64,000 nucleotides of DNA from an uncultured Pelagibacteraceae bacterium (GCA_902528645.1 CABZTG010000002.1:25282-89281); one strand, 5' to 3'. Shown: positions 49,340 to 58,951, counted from the stretch's first letter. The notes: generated by a model not told the origin, from the letters alone. Program-made: numbers and translations.

Positions 49340-50349
49340 ATTTCTTTATTTTTCCACGTATCTGGAGTTAAATCATTATCAATCTCAATAGTTAAACGAT
49401 AATTGAAATCTTTGGGTCCTCTTTTTTTTATATAATCGTAAGTTTTTTTAACACCATCACTCAAACTCACTTTTGTCTCGTAATTTAGTAATTTTCTTGC
49501 TTTATCTGCAGAACAAGTAGCATGCTTAACCTCTCTTGGCCTGTCCTCTTTGTAAACCGCCTCAAAGTTTGAACCAGTTATGTTAGAACAAATTTCAACC
49601 ACTTTGTTAACAGTCACAAATTCTTCATCAGGTCCTATGTTAATTACTTGTTTATTTAAATTTTTTTGATCTAACATAGGAATTAGGCAGCTTAAACAAT
49701 CATCAATATATGAAAAGCATCGTTTTTGCTCACCATCACCATAAACTATTGGTGGTTTTCCCTGTAGCATTCTATTTAAAAAAATAGATACCACATTTCT
49801 ATATGGATCAGTGTAAATTTGTCTAGGACCTATGATATTATGAGGAACAGCAATTACCCACTCTATATTATTTAAATCACAAAGATTCTTTAATACATCT
49901 TCTGCTGCCACTTTAGAAATGCCATAGGGGTCAACAGGTTTAGGACTCATATCTTCTGTGAAGGGTGTTTGTTGGTCTCCATATCTTGCCATTGATGAAC
50001 AAAAAATTATTCTTTTTACTTTTTCATTAACTGCTGCTGAAAAAATTGAAACTGAAGCAAGGTAATTATTTTTTGTGATTTCATAAGGTGAAAATACTGA
50101 TAAACCCTCATGAGCTGTTGCTGCACAATGATAAACAATATCAATATTTTTCATTATTTTTTTTACTTTCGAAAAATCACTGCAATCTAAATTATGAAAC
50201 TCTATATCTTTATGTATATTATCCTCATAACCACCAATCATATTATCTACACCAATAATTTTATGTCCAAGATCTAATAATTTTTCTGACAAATGTGAAC
50301 CTAAAAAACCTGCTACACCAGTGATTAGAATATTGTATTTAGTAGTCAT
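49336..50349 (-). CDS. NAD-dependent epimerase/dehydratase
   Basis: TGVAGFLG, SS, YGISK (YxxxK). Confidence 0.9.
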   Translation of the reverse strand: MTTKYNILITGVAGFLGSHLSEKLLDLGHKIIGVDNMIGGYEDNIHKDIEFHNLDCSDFSKVKKIMKNIDIVYHCAATAHEGLSVFSPYEITKNNYLASVSIFSAAVNEKVKRIIFCSSMARYGDQQTPFTEDMSPKPVDPYGISKVAAEDVLKNLCDLNNIEWVIAVPHNIIGPRQIYTDPYRNVVSIFLNRMLQGKPPIVYGDGEQKRCFSYIDDCLSCLIPMLDQKNLNKQVINIGPDEEFVTVNKVVEICSNITGSNFEAVYKEDRPREVKHATCSADKARKLLNYETKVSLSDGVKKTYDYIKKRGPKDFNYRLTIEIDNDLTPDTWKNKEI

Positions 50350-50372
50350 TAAAAATCTAAATTATTATACAT

Positions 50373-51215
50373 TTAAAGCTTAGGTCTATACCATGATTTT
50401 TTTAATAAAACAGAATTAATAATACCTGATAATCTGTGTTTATAAATTTCACTTTTATACTTTTGGAATGTTATTAAAAAAATTATGAATTTTATTAAAG
50501 ATGAAGATAATTTCGGCAGAATTTTAATCATTGCAGTTAAGTATCCGTAATGTTTTTTATGAAAATAAAATGTTGACCACATCCAGTGCCAATTTCTAGA
50601 AAGCTCCATGGGTTTCTCAATTTCTGAATTATGTGATGTGCCACCTAAATGGCTTACTTTGATTGTGGGATCTATAAAAATTTTTGAATTATTCTTTTTT
50701 AATCTTCTACACAAATCTATTTCTTCAAAATAAAGGAAAAAATTATCATCAAAAAAATTAATTTGCTTAAGATTTTTCATATTCAAAAACATTGCAAAAC
50801 CTTTGACATTATCTACCTCTTTAATTTCTTTATCCTCATTAATATTAAAATTATTGTATTTTTCATTTTGAGATATAGGGGCGATAATTCCAAAATCCCC
50901 TAAATTATTGATGCTTAAAAAAAATTTATTCACTGCATCATTATTTAAAGTTACATCAGGATTTACTATTAAAGCATAACTAGTTTCAACCCTTGATAGA
51001 CCTAGATTATTTCCTGCTCCATACCCTAAATTTTCTTTTGACAAAATACATTCCACATTTTGATATTTAGAGTGAATTTCCTCTTTTAATTTTTCATCAT
51101 TTGAATTTTCAATAACGATGATTTTAATACTTTTTTCAATTGAATCTATACAACTGAAAATTTTATCCCTACTATGAAATGAAGTGATTATGACAGTTAA
51201 ATCGAAAGTTTTCAT
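50373..51215 (-). CDS. Glycosyltransferase family 2
   Basis: NLGYGAGNN, NPD, FFLYFEEIDLC. Confidence 0.88.
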   Translation of the reverse strand: MKTFDLTVIITSFHSRDKIFSCIDSIEKSIKIIVIENSNDEKLKEEIHSKYQNVECILSKENLGYGAGNNLGLSRVETSYALIVNPDVTLNNDAVNKFFLSINNLGDFGIIAPISQNEKYNNFNINEDKEIKEVDNVKGFAMFLNMKNLKQINFFDDNFFLYFEEIDLCRRLKKNNSKIFIDPTIKVSHLGGTSHNSEIEKPMELSRNWHWMWSTFYFHKKHYGYLTAMIKILPKLSSSLIKFIIFLITFQKYKSEIYKHRLSGIINSVLLKKSWYRPKL

Positions 51216-51227
51216 ATAAAGTTAATA

Positions 51228-51304
51228 TGGTAGCGGGAAGTGGGATCGAACCACTGACCTCGGGCTTATGAGTCCCGCGCTCTAACCAACTGAGCTACCC
51301 CGCC
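51228..51304 (-). tRNA. tRNA-Met (CAT), probably elongator
   Basis: Minus strand GGCGGGGTAGCTCAGTTGGTTAGAGCGCGGGACTCATAAGCCCGAGGTCAGTGGTTCGATCCCACTTCCCGCTACCA; 77 nt cloverleaf with encoded CCA. Confidence 0.95.
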
Positions 51305-51397
51305 TTTTGATGAGATTTATAATAGTTTAATAATTTGATTCAATATTTATTAATTAAGTAAAAGTTATAAATTTAGAGAAAATTAACTAATATTTTG

Positions 51398-51604
51398 TTA
51401 GAAAATGATTAGACCAAATAAAATCAACCCTGTTGAAGCAGCTGCTGAAAAATACAATTTTTTTCTGCTTTCATTTTTTTTATTAACTGCAATTCTATTT
51501 AAAAGAACATTTATGTTGCTACTTTTTGATTGAGTTGATGGTGGATCTTTTTCGAGGTATCTAGCTATAAGCTTTTCTTTAACGTTAATACCTGAATTTT
51601 TCAT
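51398..51604 (-). CDS. 68-aa protein with C-terminal TM anchor
   Basis: ATG start; NINVLLNRI..NESRKK then a hydrophobic C-terminus; paralogous to its neighbour; upstream TTGCAA-N17-TTAAAT. Confidence 0.75.
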   Translation of the reverse strand: MKNSGINVKEKLIARYLEKDPPSTQSKSSNINVLLNRIAVNKKNESRKKLYFSAAASTGLILFGLIIF

Positions 51605-51644
51605 AAACTTATTTAATCACGTATAACTGATTTTTGCAAATTTC

Positions 51645-51866
51645 TTAGAAAGAAAGATAAATTCCAAAGGACCCCATACCAATTATCAGCAACGATAAAA
51701 TGAAAATATTTTTTTTAAGTTCCTTTGCTTCTGTTTCTTCTAGCTTTGACTTCAGGATATTTATATCAACTCTCTTCTTTAATGTTTTTAAAGGCTTTTC
51801 AGCAACATCAACATCATTTGGGGTCTCGATGTTAGTACGTGTCTCTGCAAAGCCTTTATTGTTCAT
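51645..51866 (-). CDS. 73-aa protein with C-terminal TM anchor
   Basis: ATG start; DINILKSKL..KELKK then a hydrophobic C-terminus. Confidence 0.75.
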   Translation of the reverse strand: MNNKGFAETRTNIETPNDVDVAEKPLKTLKKRVDINILKSKLEETEAKELKKNIFILSLLIIGMGSFGIYLSF

Positions 51867-51911
51867 AGCAGGATTAGTACATTAAAATATCTGTCGAACA
51901 ATTTTTCTGAA

Positions 51912-51958
51912 GTTCAATTTGGGTCACTATTAGATTGACATGTGTTCAATTTGGGTCA
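51912..51958. promoter_or_regulatory. Perfect 15-bp direct repeat flanking a TTGACA box (putative operator)
   Basis: GTTCAATTTGGGTCA at 51912-51926 and 51944-51958 (32-bp period); TTGACA at 51935-51940. Confidence 0.7.
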
Positions 51959-51979
51959 ATATTCTCGAATTCAAATTTT

Positions 51980-52960
51980 ATGAGTATAGAACAAATCGAT
52001 TTCAGTAAAACCTTAACCGACGATCAGGTTTATGAAAGTATAATGAATAACTACTCTGACTTAGCAAATGAGTGGATATCACATCAGTGGAATTGGATGA
52101 ACAATGTGTACTGGGCTTTTAATGATCACTACAAATACATGATTATAATTTCACTTATAGAAAAAACACTGCAATTTTATGATCAAATGAATATTCAGCA
52201 ATCGTATGAAGAATATTATTCTAAATCATATGTTCAAATAGATAAGTTTAGTATTACTGAACTATGTGAAAAATTAGATTTACCAAAAGAAACGATAAGA
52301 AGAAAAGTTTTAGAACTTGAGAAAGAAGGTGTTATTAAAAGAGATAAAAAAAAGATTATAATTGACGGTAAAGCATTTTCTTTTGTTAAACCTCAAAATC
52401 AAATTAAACTTTCATCAAAATATATCTTATTAGTGGCTGAAGCTTTATATAGAGATAAGCACTTTTCAAAAAAAGTTGATGTCAAGTTAATTGAAAGTTT
52501 AATCAAAAAAAAATTTACATTATGTTGGCGGTGGTTTTATCGAATGCAAATACCATTAATAATTGGGTATCACAAATTCATGCAAGATCTAAGTACCTTT
52601 CATGTTTGGGGAACTATTTGTATGAACCAATCATTGAATGTAACAAAAAATTTAAAAAATTCACATATAAAAAAATTACCATTGGATTTTGGTGCTGCAA
52701 GTAAATTACTAATTGATAATGTTGGTTCGACCTCAGGTATAAGCGCAATGTCTATTTCAGACATGACATTAATACCAAGAGCAACAGTAATAAGAAAATG
52801 CAAATACTTAATAAAGAATGATTTGATAAAACTTAATGAGAAAAAACAATATACTTTATCCTCATTCAATTTTAAGAAAATTTTACCTTACCAAACTGAA
52901 GCTTTTAAGTTTAAAGCTAAATTTATACGTAAAGTTCTAAATCTTCTTGTAATTTCATAA
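51980..52960 (+). CDS. Putative DNA-binding protein with two tandem winged-helix domains
   Basis: SITELCEKLDLPKETIRRKVLELEKEG and SAMSISDMTLIPRATVIRKCKYLIKND; ATG at 51980 preferred because the ORF-track TTG at 51935 is the -35 box. Confidence 0.8.
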   Translation: MSIEQIDFSKTLTDDQVYESIMNNYSDLANEWISHQWNWMNNVYWAFNDHYKYMIIISLIEKTLQFYDQMNIQQSYEEYYSKSYVQIDKFSITELCEKLDLPKETIRRKVLELEKEGVIKRDKKKIIIDGKAFSFVKPQNQIKLSSKYILLVAEALYRDKHFSKKVDVKLIESLIKKKFTLCWRWFYRMQIPLIIGYHKFMQDLSTFHVWGTICMNQSLNVTKNLKNSHIKKLPLDFGAASKLLIDNVGSTSGISAMSISDMTLIPRATVIRKCKYLIKNDLIKLNEKKQYTLSSFNFKKILPYQTEAFKFKAKFIRKVLNLLVIS

Positions 52961-53004
52961 ATCTTAAATAAATTATAGACGTTATACTATTACACAGAGG
53001 GGTC

Positions 53005-53856
53005 ATGGAGATAGTAACAAAAATAGCACCTATCATACTCGCATTAATAATGTTGGGTTTAGGTTTGGGATTAAAGATTGACGATTTTACGAGAATATTA
53101 AAAACTCCAAAAGATTTTTTTGTAGGTTTTTTTTCTCAATTAATTATTCTTCCATTAGTTGCTTACTTATTAGTTGTTATTTTAAAAGTACCGCCTGAAA
53201 TAGCAATTGGAGTTATGATTATCGCTGCTGCACCAGGTGGAGTTACATCTAATATACTAACAAAATTTGCTAATGGAGATGTTGCTTTATCTATTTCTTT
53301 AACAGCTGTAATCAGTTTAATTTCTATTATTACCGTTCCTCTTATAATTTTTACATCTGCTGATTTATTTGGAATTACTGATATTTCTCAAAATATTTCA
53401 ATGACTGGTATAGCACTAAAAATGTTTTTGGTTGTAACTGTTCCGGTAATCTTAGGAATGATTATAAGAAAATTTGCTGAAAATTTTGTAAATTCGAAAA
53501 TTCAGATATTTGAAAAACTCAACATAATATTATTTGTTATTTTTTTTATAGCTGCATTTTATGAAGAAAGAGAAAGTTTTATAGATTTTCTAATGCAAGC
53601 AGGTTTCATTACTTTTATTCTAAATATAACAATGATGATTGTGGCTTATTACCTTGGTAAAACTTTTGCCTCAGGAATAAAACAACAAAAATGTATTGCT
53701 TTAGAATGTGGATTACAAAATGGTACTTTAGCAATATTTGTTTCGACACAAATATTCGGTACAGATATAGTCTACATAACTCCAACAGCTGCATATGCTT
53801 TGATTATGTACATCACTGGTTTTATATTTGTTTTTCTTTTAAAAAATAAAGTTTAA
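53005..53856 (+). CDS. Bile acid:sodium symporter (BASS) family transporter
   Basis: MLGLGL, APGGVTSN, GDVALS, ECGLQN. Confidence 0.92.
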   Translation: MEIVTKIAPIILALIMLGLGLGLKIDDFTRILKTPKDFFVGFFSQLIILPLVAYLLVVILKVPPEIAIGVMIIAAAPGGVTSNILTKFANGDVALSISLTAVISLISIITVPLIIFTSADLFGITDISQNISMTGIALKMFLVVTVPVILGMIIRKFAENFVNSKIQIFEKLNIILFVIFFIAAFYEERESFIDFLMQAGFITFILNITMMIVAYYLGKTFASGIKQQKCIALECGLQNGTLAIFVSTQIFGTDIVYITPTAAYALIMYITGFIFVFLLKNKV

Positions 53857-56297
53857 TTTGTCTTAAAATTGGTCTGTTTTATTGGTTTATTAATCAATTC
53901 AATTTCGTATTTTCTTTTCTCAACCTCGATAAATAATTTACTACCTTTTAATTTTTCATCAGAAAAATCGTTATTGATATAACCAAAAGTCAGGTTTTTC
54001 TTAAAGTTAAAAGAATAATTTCCTGAAGTTGATCTGCCTATTATTTTATCTTCTAAATAAATAGGCTCATCATGAAGTAATAGAGGTTCTCCAGGTTTAC
54101 TATCTTTTAATGTAAACATAGCAAATCTTGTTTTGATCTTCTTATTATTAATTTTTTCAAGAGCTGACTTACCAATAAAATCTACATTTTTTTTATTACT
54201 GATTGTAAAAGACAAACCTGCTTGATATTGATTTTCCTCAGGGGAAATATCATGACCCCAATGAAGAAAGCCACTTTCCATTCGCATGATATCCATTGCA
54301 TGCATACCACAATTTGAAAGATTATGATCTTTTCCTTTTTCTATAATTAATTCATAAATTTTTTTGGCATCTTTAACTTCAACGTAAAGCTCATAACCTA
54401 ATTCTCCAACATAAGACAATCTTTGAGCCCAAATTTTAGTATCATCTATTGAAATAAATTTTGCTGTTCCGAATTTGAAATTTTCATTATCAAAATTACC
54501 ATTACTCAATGAACTTAAAAGACTTCTACTCCTGGGTCCAAATAGACCAAAAACACAATAATCATCAGTTACATCTATTAATTCAATATCTTTATTTAAA
54601 TGTTTCTTAATGTGATGCTTGTCTCTTTCTCTTGTTGCGGCAGAACTAATTATTCTAAAATGGTTTTCATCAATAGCCACTATAGTTAAATCAGTCTCAA
54701 TACCTCCATCTGAATTTAACATATGAGTATAGGTACATTTACCAACATCTTTCTTAATATTCGCAGTACAAATTCTTTGTAATTCTTGATGGGCTTTATC
54801 AGATTTAATTTCAAACTTTGAAAAAGGAGTTAGATCAAATAGACCAACATTTTTTATTGTATTACTTGTTTCATACTCAGCTGAGGGATACCAACTTTGA
54901 TAGTTATAACTATATTCATACTCTGCCTTTTCACCATCTAGTGCAAACCACATGGGTCTTTCATATCCACCAGAGACACCAAAGCATGCTCCAAAACTTT
55001 TTAAATTATCATGATGTGGAAGTTTTTTTATATCTCGAGAAGTTTTGTGTTGTTTAAAGGGCCAATGCATTCCATACAAATCTCCTAATGACTCTGTAAT
55101 TCTTTTTTTGATAAAACCTAGTTCAGAATGAAACTTTTGAAATCTTTTTATATCGTAACTAAAAATATCTTCATTAATATGACCAGTCATCAACCACTCT
55201 GCTGTAACTTTACCAACGCCACCGCCACTGCCAATCCCAATACTATTTAACCCACAACATACGAAAAAATTTTTAATTTCAGGAACTTCTCCTAATAATG
55301 TGTTGGTATCAGGGGTAAAAGATTCCGGGCCTGAAAAAAATTTTCTAATTCCAGCAGTTTCTAAAATTGGAAATCTTTTGATTGCTGAAGCTAAATAAGG
55401 TTCAAAATGCTCAAAATTTTCTTGAAACTCACCAAAAGAAAAATCTTCTGGAACTTTATTAGTTTTATTCCAAGCAGGAATTGAATTTCCTTCAAAAATT
55501 CCAACGAGTATTTTTCCTGCATCTTCTTTTATATAAGTTCTATTATCAAAATCTCTTACCACTGGTAAAGTTTTAGATAAATTTTCAATTGGTTCAGTAA
55601 TAATATAGAAATGTTCTGCTGGGTATAATGGGATACTGACACCAGCTTTTTCTCCTATTTGCCTTGACCACATACCTGAGGCTAAAACGATATATTCACA
55701 TTCAATTTTTTGACCTTTAACTTTAACTCCAGAAATTTTTCCATCTTTCGTTAAAATTTCCTCAACTGGTGACTTTTCAAAAATTTGTGCACCTTCCATT
55801 CTTGCTGCTTTAGCCAACATATGGGTAACACCCGAAGGATCTGCAGCACCATCGCCTGGCATTAAAATTCCTCCTATGACATCATCGGTATTGATTATGG
55901 GGTAGTCTTTTTTAATTTGATCTTTATCTAAAATTCTTACATCAACATCATAAAGTTGTGCGGTCGTTGCTTGTCTTTGAAGTTCTTGCCATCTTCCTTT
56001 ATGTTGAGCGATTGAAAGGGCTCCGTTTAATCTTAACCCTGCAGAATGATCAACTTTTTTTTCAAGCTCTTTATATAAATCTAAAGTATATTTTCTAATT
56101 TTTGTAACTGCTGCAGTTGGACCTAATTGACTTACTAAGCCTGCTGCATGCCAAGTTGTTCCTGACGTTAATTGATCTCTTTCTAAAAGGATTGTGTCTT
56201 TCCAACCAAATTTAGCTAAATGATAAGCAACAGAGCAACCAACTACCCCACCTCCTATCACAACAACTTTTGTGCTACTTGGAAGTTTTTTTTCCAT
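53853..56297 (-). CDS. Dimethylglycine/sarcosine dehydrogenase family flavoprotein with GcvT domain
   Basis: VIGGGVVG, SGTTWHAAG, GPESFTPD, SYVGELGYE, RMES. Confidence 0.9.
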   Translation of the reverse strand: MEKKLPSSTKVVVIGGGVVGCSVAYHLAKFGWKDTILLERDQLTSGTTWHAAGLVSQLGPTAAVTKIRKYTLDLYKELEKKVDHSAGLRLNGALSIAQHKGRWQELQRQATTAQLYDVDVRILDKDQIKKDYPIINTDDVIGGILMPGDGAADPSGVTHMLAKAARMEGAQIFEKSPVEEILTKDGKISGVKVKGQKIECEYIVLASGMWSRQIGEKAGVSIPLYPAEHFYIITEPIENLSKTLPVVRDFDNRTYIKEDAGKILVGIFEGNSIPAWNKTNKVPEDFSFGEFQENFEHFEPYLASAIKRFPILETAGIRKFFSGPESFTPDTNTLLGEVPEIKNFFVCCGLNSIGIGSGGGVGKVTAEWLMTGHINEDIFSYDIKRFQKFHSELGFIKKRITESLGDLYGMHWPFKQHKTSRDIKKLPHHDNLKSFGACFGVSGGYERPMWFALDGEKAEYEYSYNYQSWYPSAEYETSNTIKNVGLFDLTPFSKFEIKSDKAHQELQRICTANIKKDVGKCTYTHMLNSDGGIETDLTIVAIDENHFRIISSAATRERDKHHIKKHLNKDIELIDVTDDYCVFGLFGPRSRSLLSSLSNGNFDNENFKFGTAKFISIDDTKIWAQRLSYVGELGYELYVEVKDAKKIYELIIEKGKDHNLSNCGMHAMDIMRMESGFLHWGHDISPEENQYQAGLSFTISNKKNVDFIGKSALEKINNKKIKTRFAMFTLKDSKPGEPLLLHDEPIYLEDKIIGRSTSGNYSFNFKKNLTFGYINNDFSDEKLKGSKLFIEVEKRKYEIELINKPIKQTNFKTN

Positions 56298-56301
56298 TTA
56301 A

Positions 56302-57420
56302 TTAGTTATTGATTGCATCTCCTGGATTAACATATTCATGTCCAAAAACATCTGCAACCGCTTTATAAGTCACATGACCCTTGTGAACATTTAGTCCCGC
56401 CAAAAAGTTTTTGTCCTCTCCAAGAGCTTTTTGATAACCTTTATTTGCTAATTTAACCAAATAAGGAAGTGTTGCTTTATTTAATGCAATAGTGGAAGTT
56501 CTTGGAACTCCACCTGGCATATTAGCTACACAATAATGGACGACATTATCTACTATAAAAGTTGGATCATTAAATGTTGTGGGTTTGCTTGTTTCCACAC
56601 ATCCACCTTGATCGATTGCAACATCAACAATTACAGAACCTCTTTTCATTAATTTAAGCATATCTTTAGTAACTAATTTTGGCGCCTCTGCGCCAGGGAT
56701 TAAAACTCCACCCACAATTAAATCTGCTTCAGCCACTAACTTTTTTAAATCTATTTTATCACTTTGTTCTGGAATAATTTTATCTCCGAACATTTCAACT
56801 AATTGTTTTAATCTTGCTTCTGATTTATCGACAACATGAACTTTTGCCTTCATACCAGTTGCTATTGTTGCAGCATTTTCACCCACAACACCTCCACCTA
56901 AAATTAAAACATTTGCGGGTTCACCACCAGGAGCTCCACCCAATAATACTCCTCTGCCTTTTTGATTTTTCTCTAAACAATGTGCTCCTGCTTGAACTGA
57001 CATACGTCCAGCTACAGCACTCATAGGTGCTAACAAAGGAAGTCGCCCATTATCATCAGTAATGGTTTCGTAAGCAATATTAATACTTTTTGATTTTACT
57101 AAACCCTCAGTTAATTCTTTTGCAGCAGCCAAGTGTAAATAGGTATAAACAATTTGATTTTCCCTAATCATTTCAACCTCAACTTTTTGAGGCTCTTTAA
57201 CTTTAACAATTATCTCAGCGTCATTAAAAATATCAGCAGCTTTTTCTATAATTTTTGCCCCGGCATTTTTGTACTGATCATTATCGAAACCTGCTTCAAA
57301 GCCTCCGTTATTTTCAACTAAAACTTCATGACCCTCTGAAACGAGAGTTTTTACACTATCCGGTGTCAGGCCAATTCTATTTTCTTGGGGTTTAATTTCT
57401 TTAGGTACGCCAATTCTCAT
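56302..57420 (-). CDS. ald: Alanine dehydrogenase
   Basis: GVPKEIK..ENR, KVKEP, YLHLA, PMSAVAG, DVAIDQGG, VANMPG. Confidence 0.97.
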   Translation of the reverse strand: MRIGVPKEIKPQENRIGLTPDSVKTLVSEGHEVLVENNGGFEAGFDNDQYKNAGAKIIEKAADIFNDAEIIVKVKEPQKVEVEMIRENQIVYTYLHLAAAKELTEGLVKSKSINIAYETITDDNGRLPLLAPMSAVAGRMSVQAGAHCLEKNQKGRGVLLGGAPGGEPANVLILGGGVVGENAATIATGMKAKVHVVDKSEARLKQLVEMFGDKIIPEQSDKIDLKKLVAEADLIVGGVLIPGAEAPKLVTKDMLKLMKRGSVIVDVAIDQGGCVETSKPTTFNDPTFIVDNVVHYCVANMPGGVPRTSTIALNKATLPYLVKLANKGYQKALGEDKNFLAGLNVHKGHVTYKAVADVFGHEYVNPGDAINN

Positions 57421-57429
57421 TAACGAAAT

Positions 57430-58776
57430 TTAATTCTTTTTACTCTTTGCGTAATTAGTAATTCCAGTTCTTAGTTTTTCTATGATTTCATCAATGTGTT
57501 TTTTTTCACAAATAAACATTGGTGCTATAATTAAGCAATCACCAGTCGCTTTGAAATTAACTCCTGCATCGTAACAATGTTTGAAAGTAGCTAAACCTGC
57601 TTTACCAGGTCTACCATCAGTTTTAATATCTATTCCACCCATCATTCCATAACCTCTTATGTTATCTACTACATCAATATCTTTAAGAGAAAATAGACCT
57701 TCTTGGAAATAAGGAGCAAGTTCTTTTGCTCTATTAAAAATATCTTCTTTTTCAAAAATATCTTGAACGGCTAATGCTGCAGCTACTGATACAGGAATTC
57801 CTGAATATGTATAACCATGAAATAATTCTATTGCACCTTTTGGAGAATTATCCATCACTGCATCATAAATTTCTTCTTTACATGCAACTACACCAAAAGG
57901 AACTATTCCATTGGTTGTTGCTTTTGCCATTGTCATTATGTCAGGTGTTACACCAAATTCTTGAGCTCCAAAAGCTGAACCAGTTCTTCCCCAACCCGTA
58001 ATAACTTCATCAAAAATTAGTAGTATTTTATGTTTGTCACAAAGTTCTCTTAGTCTTTGTAAATATCCAACTGGTGGCACTAATGTTCCTGTTGAACCTG
58101 CAATAGGTTCTACAATACAAGCTGCAATATTTTCAGAACCAAAATTAGTACAAATTCTCTCTAAATCATTTGCAATCTCAGCTCCTGTTTCAGGTTGACC
58201 TGAAATAAATTTATGTTCATCTAAATGTGTATGTCTCATATGAACAACACCTGGCATCAATACACTTGCATACGCTTTAACGTTATTGATCATTCCGCCT
58301 ACTGATGTAGCTCCAATGTTCATTCCATGATAAGCACGCTCTCTTCCAACAAATCTAAATCTTTGTCCTTCACCTCTTGCTTTGTGGTAAGCGATACTAA
58401 TCTTAATTGCAGTTTCTACTGCTGTCGATCCACATATCGTATAAAAAATTTTATTTAAATTTCCGGGTGTGTGTTTTGAAATTCTCGTTGCTAATTCAAA
58501 TGAACCACCAAAACCTTGTTGAAATGGCTGACAATAATCCAGAGTATTTAATTGATTTGTAATTGCCTCGATGATTTCTTTTCTTCCATGTCCTAAAGGA
58601 TTACAAAATAATCCTGAACTTGCATCAATTTGTGTTTTGCCATGATGATTTTTTAAATAAACACCTTTTGCCTCAACAATTAATTTTGGATTTTCTTTAA
58701 AATCCTTATTAGATGTAAATGGCATCCAATGTTCATTAAGTGAATTAGGTACTGATGTTCTTTTTTCTGAGCTCAT
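57430..58776 (-). CDS. Class III omega-amino acid--pyruvate aminotransferase (taurine/beta-alanine)
   Basis: HWMPFT, YHG, EPIAGSTG, FDEVITG.GR, AK (PLP Lys), HGYTYS. Confidence 0.88.
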   Translation of the reverse strand: MSSEKRTSVPNSLNEHWMPFTSNKDFKENPKLIVEAKGVYLKNHHGKTQIDASSGLFCNPLGHGRKEIIEAITNQLNTLDYCQPFQQGFGGSFELATRISKHTPGNLNKIFYTICGSTAVETAIKISIAYHKARGEGQRFRFVGRERAYHGMNIGATSVGGMINNVKAYASVLMPGVVHMRHTHLDEHKFISGQPETGAEIANDLERICTNFGSENIAACIVEPIAGSTGTLVPPVGYLQRLRELCDKHKILLIFDEVITGWGRTGSAFGAQEFGVTPDIMTMAKATTNGIVPFGVVACKEEIYDAVMDNSPKGAIELFHGYTYSGIPVSVAAALAVQDIFEKEDIFNRAKELAPYFQEGLFSLKDIDVVDNIRGYGMMGGIDIKTDGRPGKAGLATFKHCYDAGVNFKATGDCLIIAPMFICEKKHIDEIIEKLRTGITNYAKSKKN

Positions 58777-58847
58777 AATTAAATTTTAAAATACTTAATA
58801 AATGAATCCTTAGACTAATTAACTTAAATTAACCACCAAAATAATGT

Positions 58848-58881
58848 CACAACTTAAAGTTGTGTAACTATAATGATCATT
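58848..58881. promoter_or_regulatory. Inverted repeats in the divergent aminotransferase/tauA promoter region
   Basis: CACAACTT-A-AAGTTGTG (58848-58864) and AATGATCATT (58872-58881). Confidence 0.5.
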
Positions 58882-58951
58882 TTTTTGTTTTACATATAGG
58901 TCAAATTAATCTTAAAATTGGAACATATAAATAAACAAGGAAGAGGCATAA

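Noticed and set aside
51912-51958. Direct repeats as a mini-CRISPR or plasmid/phage iterons
   Set aside because: Only two 15-bp copies with a 17-bp gap, and no cas, integrase or other replicon genes; an operator is more parsimonious, though Rep-like ancestry of the wHTH protein is not excluded.
51935-51979. 15-aa N-terminal extension of the wHTH protein from TTG 51935
   Set aside because: The TTG is part of the TTGACA -35 box within the repeat region; ATG 51980 is more plausible.
51228-52960. Prophage or integrative element at tRNA-Met
   Set aside because: No integrase, no phage structural genes and no duplicated tRNA 3' end were seen in the window.
58777-58951. Riboswitch (SAM-V, glycine) or CtrA site in the larger spacers
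   Set aside because: No recognisable aptamer consensus by eye; TTAA pairs here are spaced N6, not N7.
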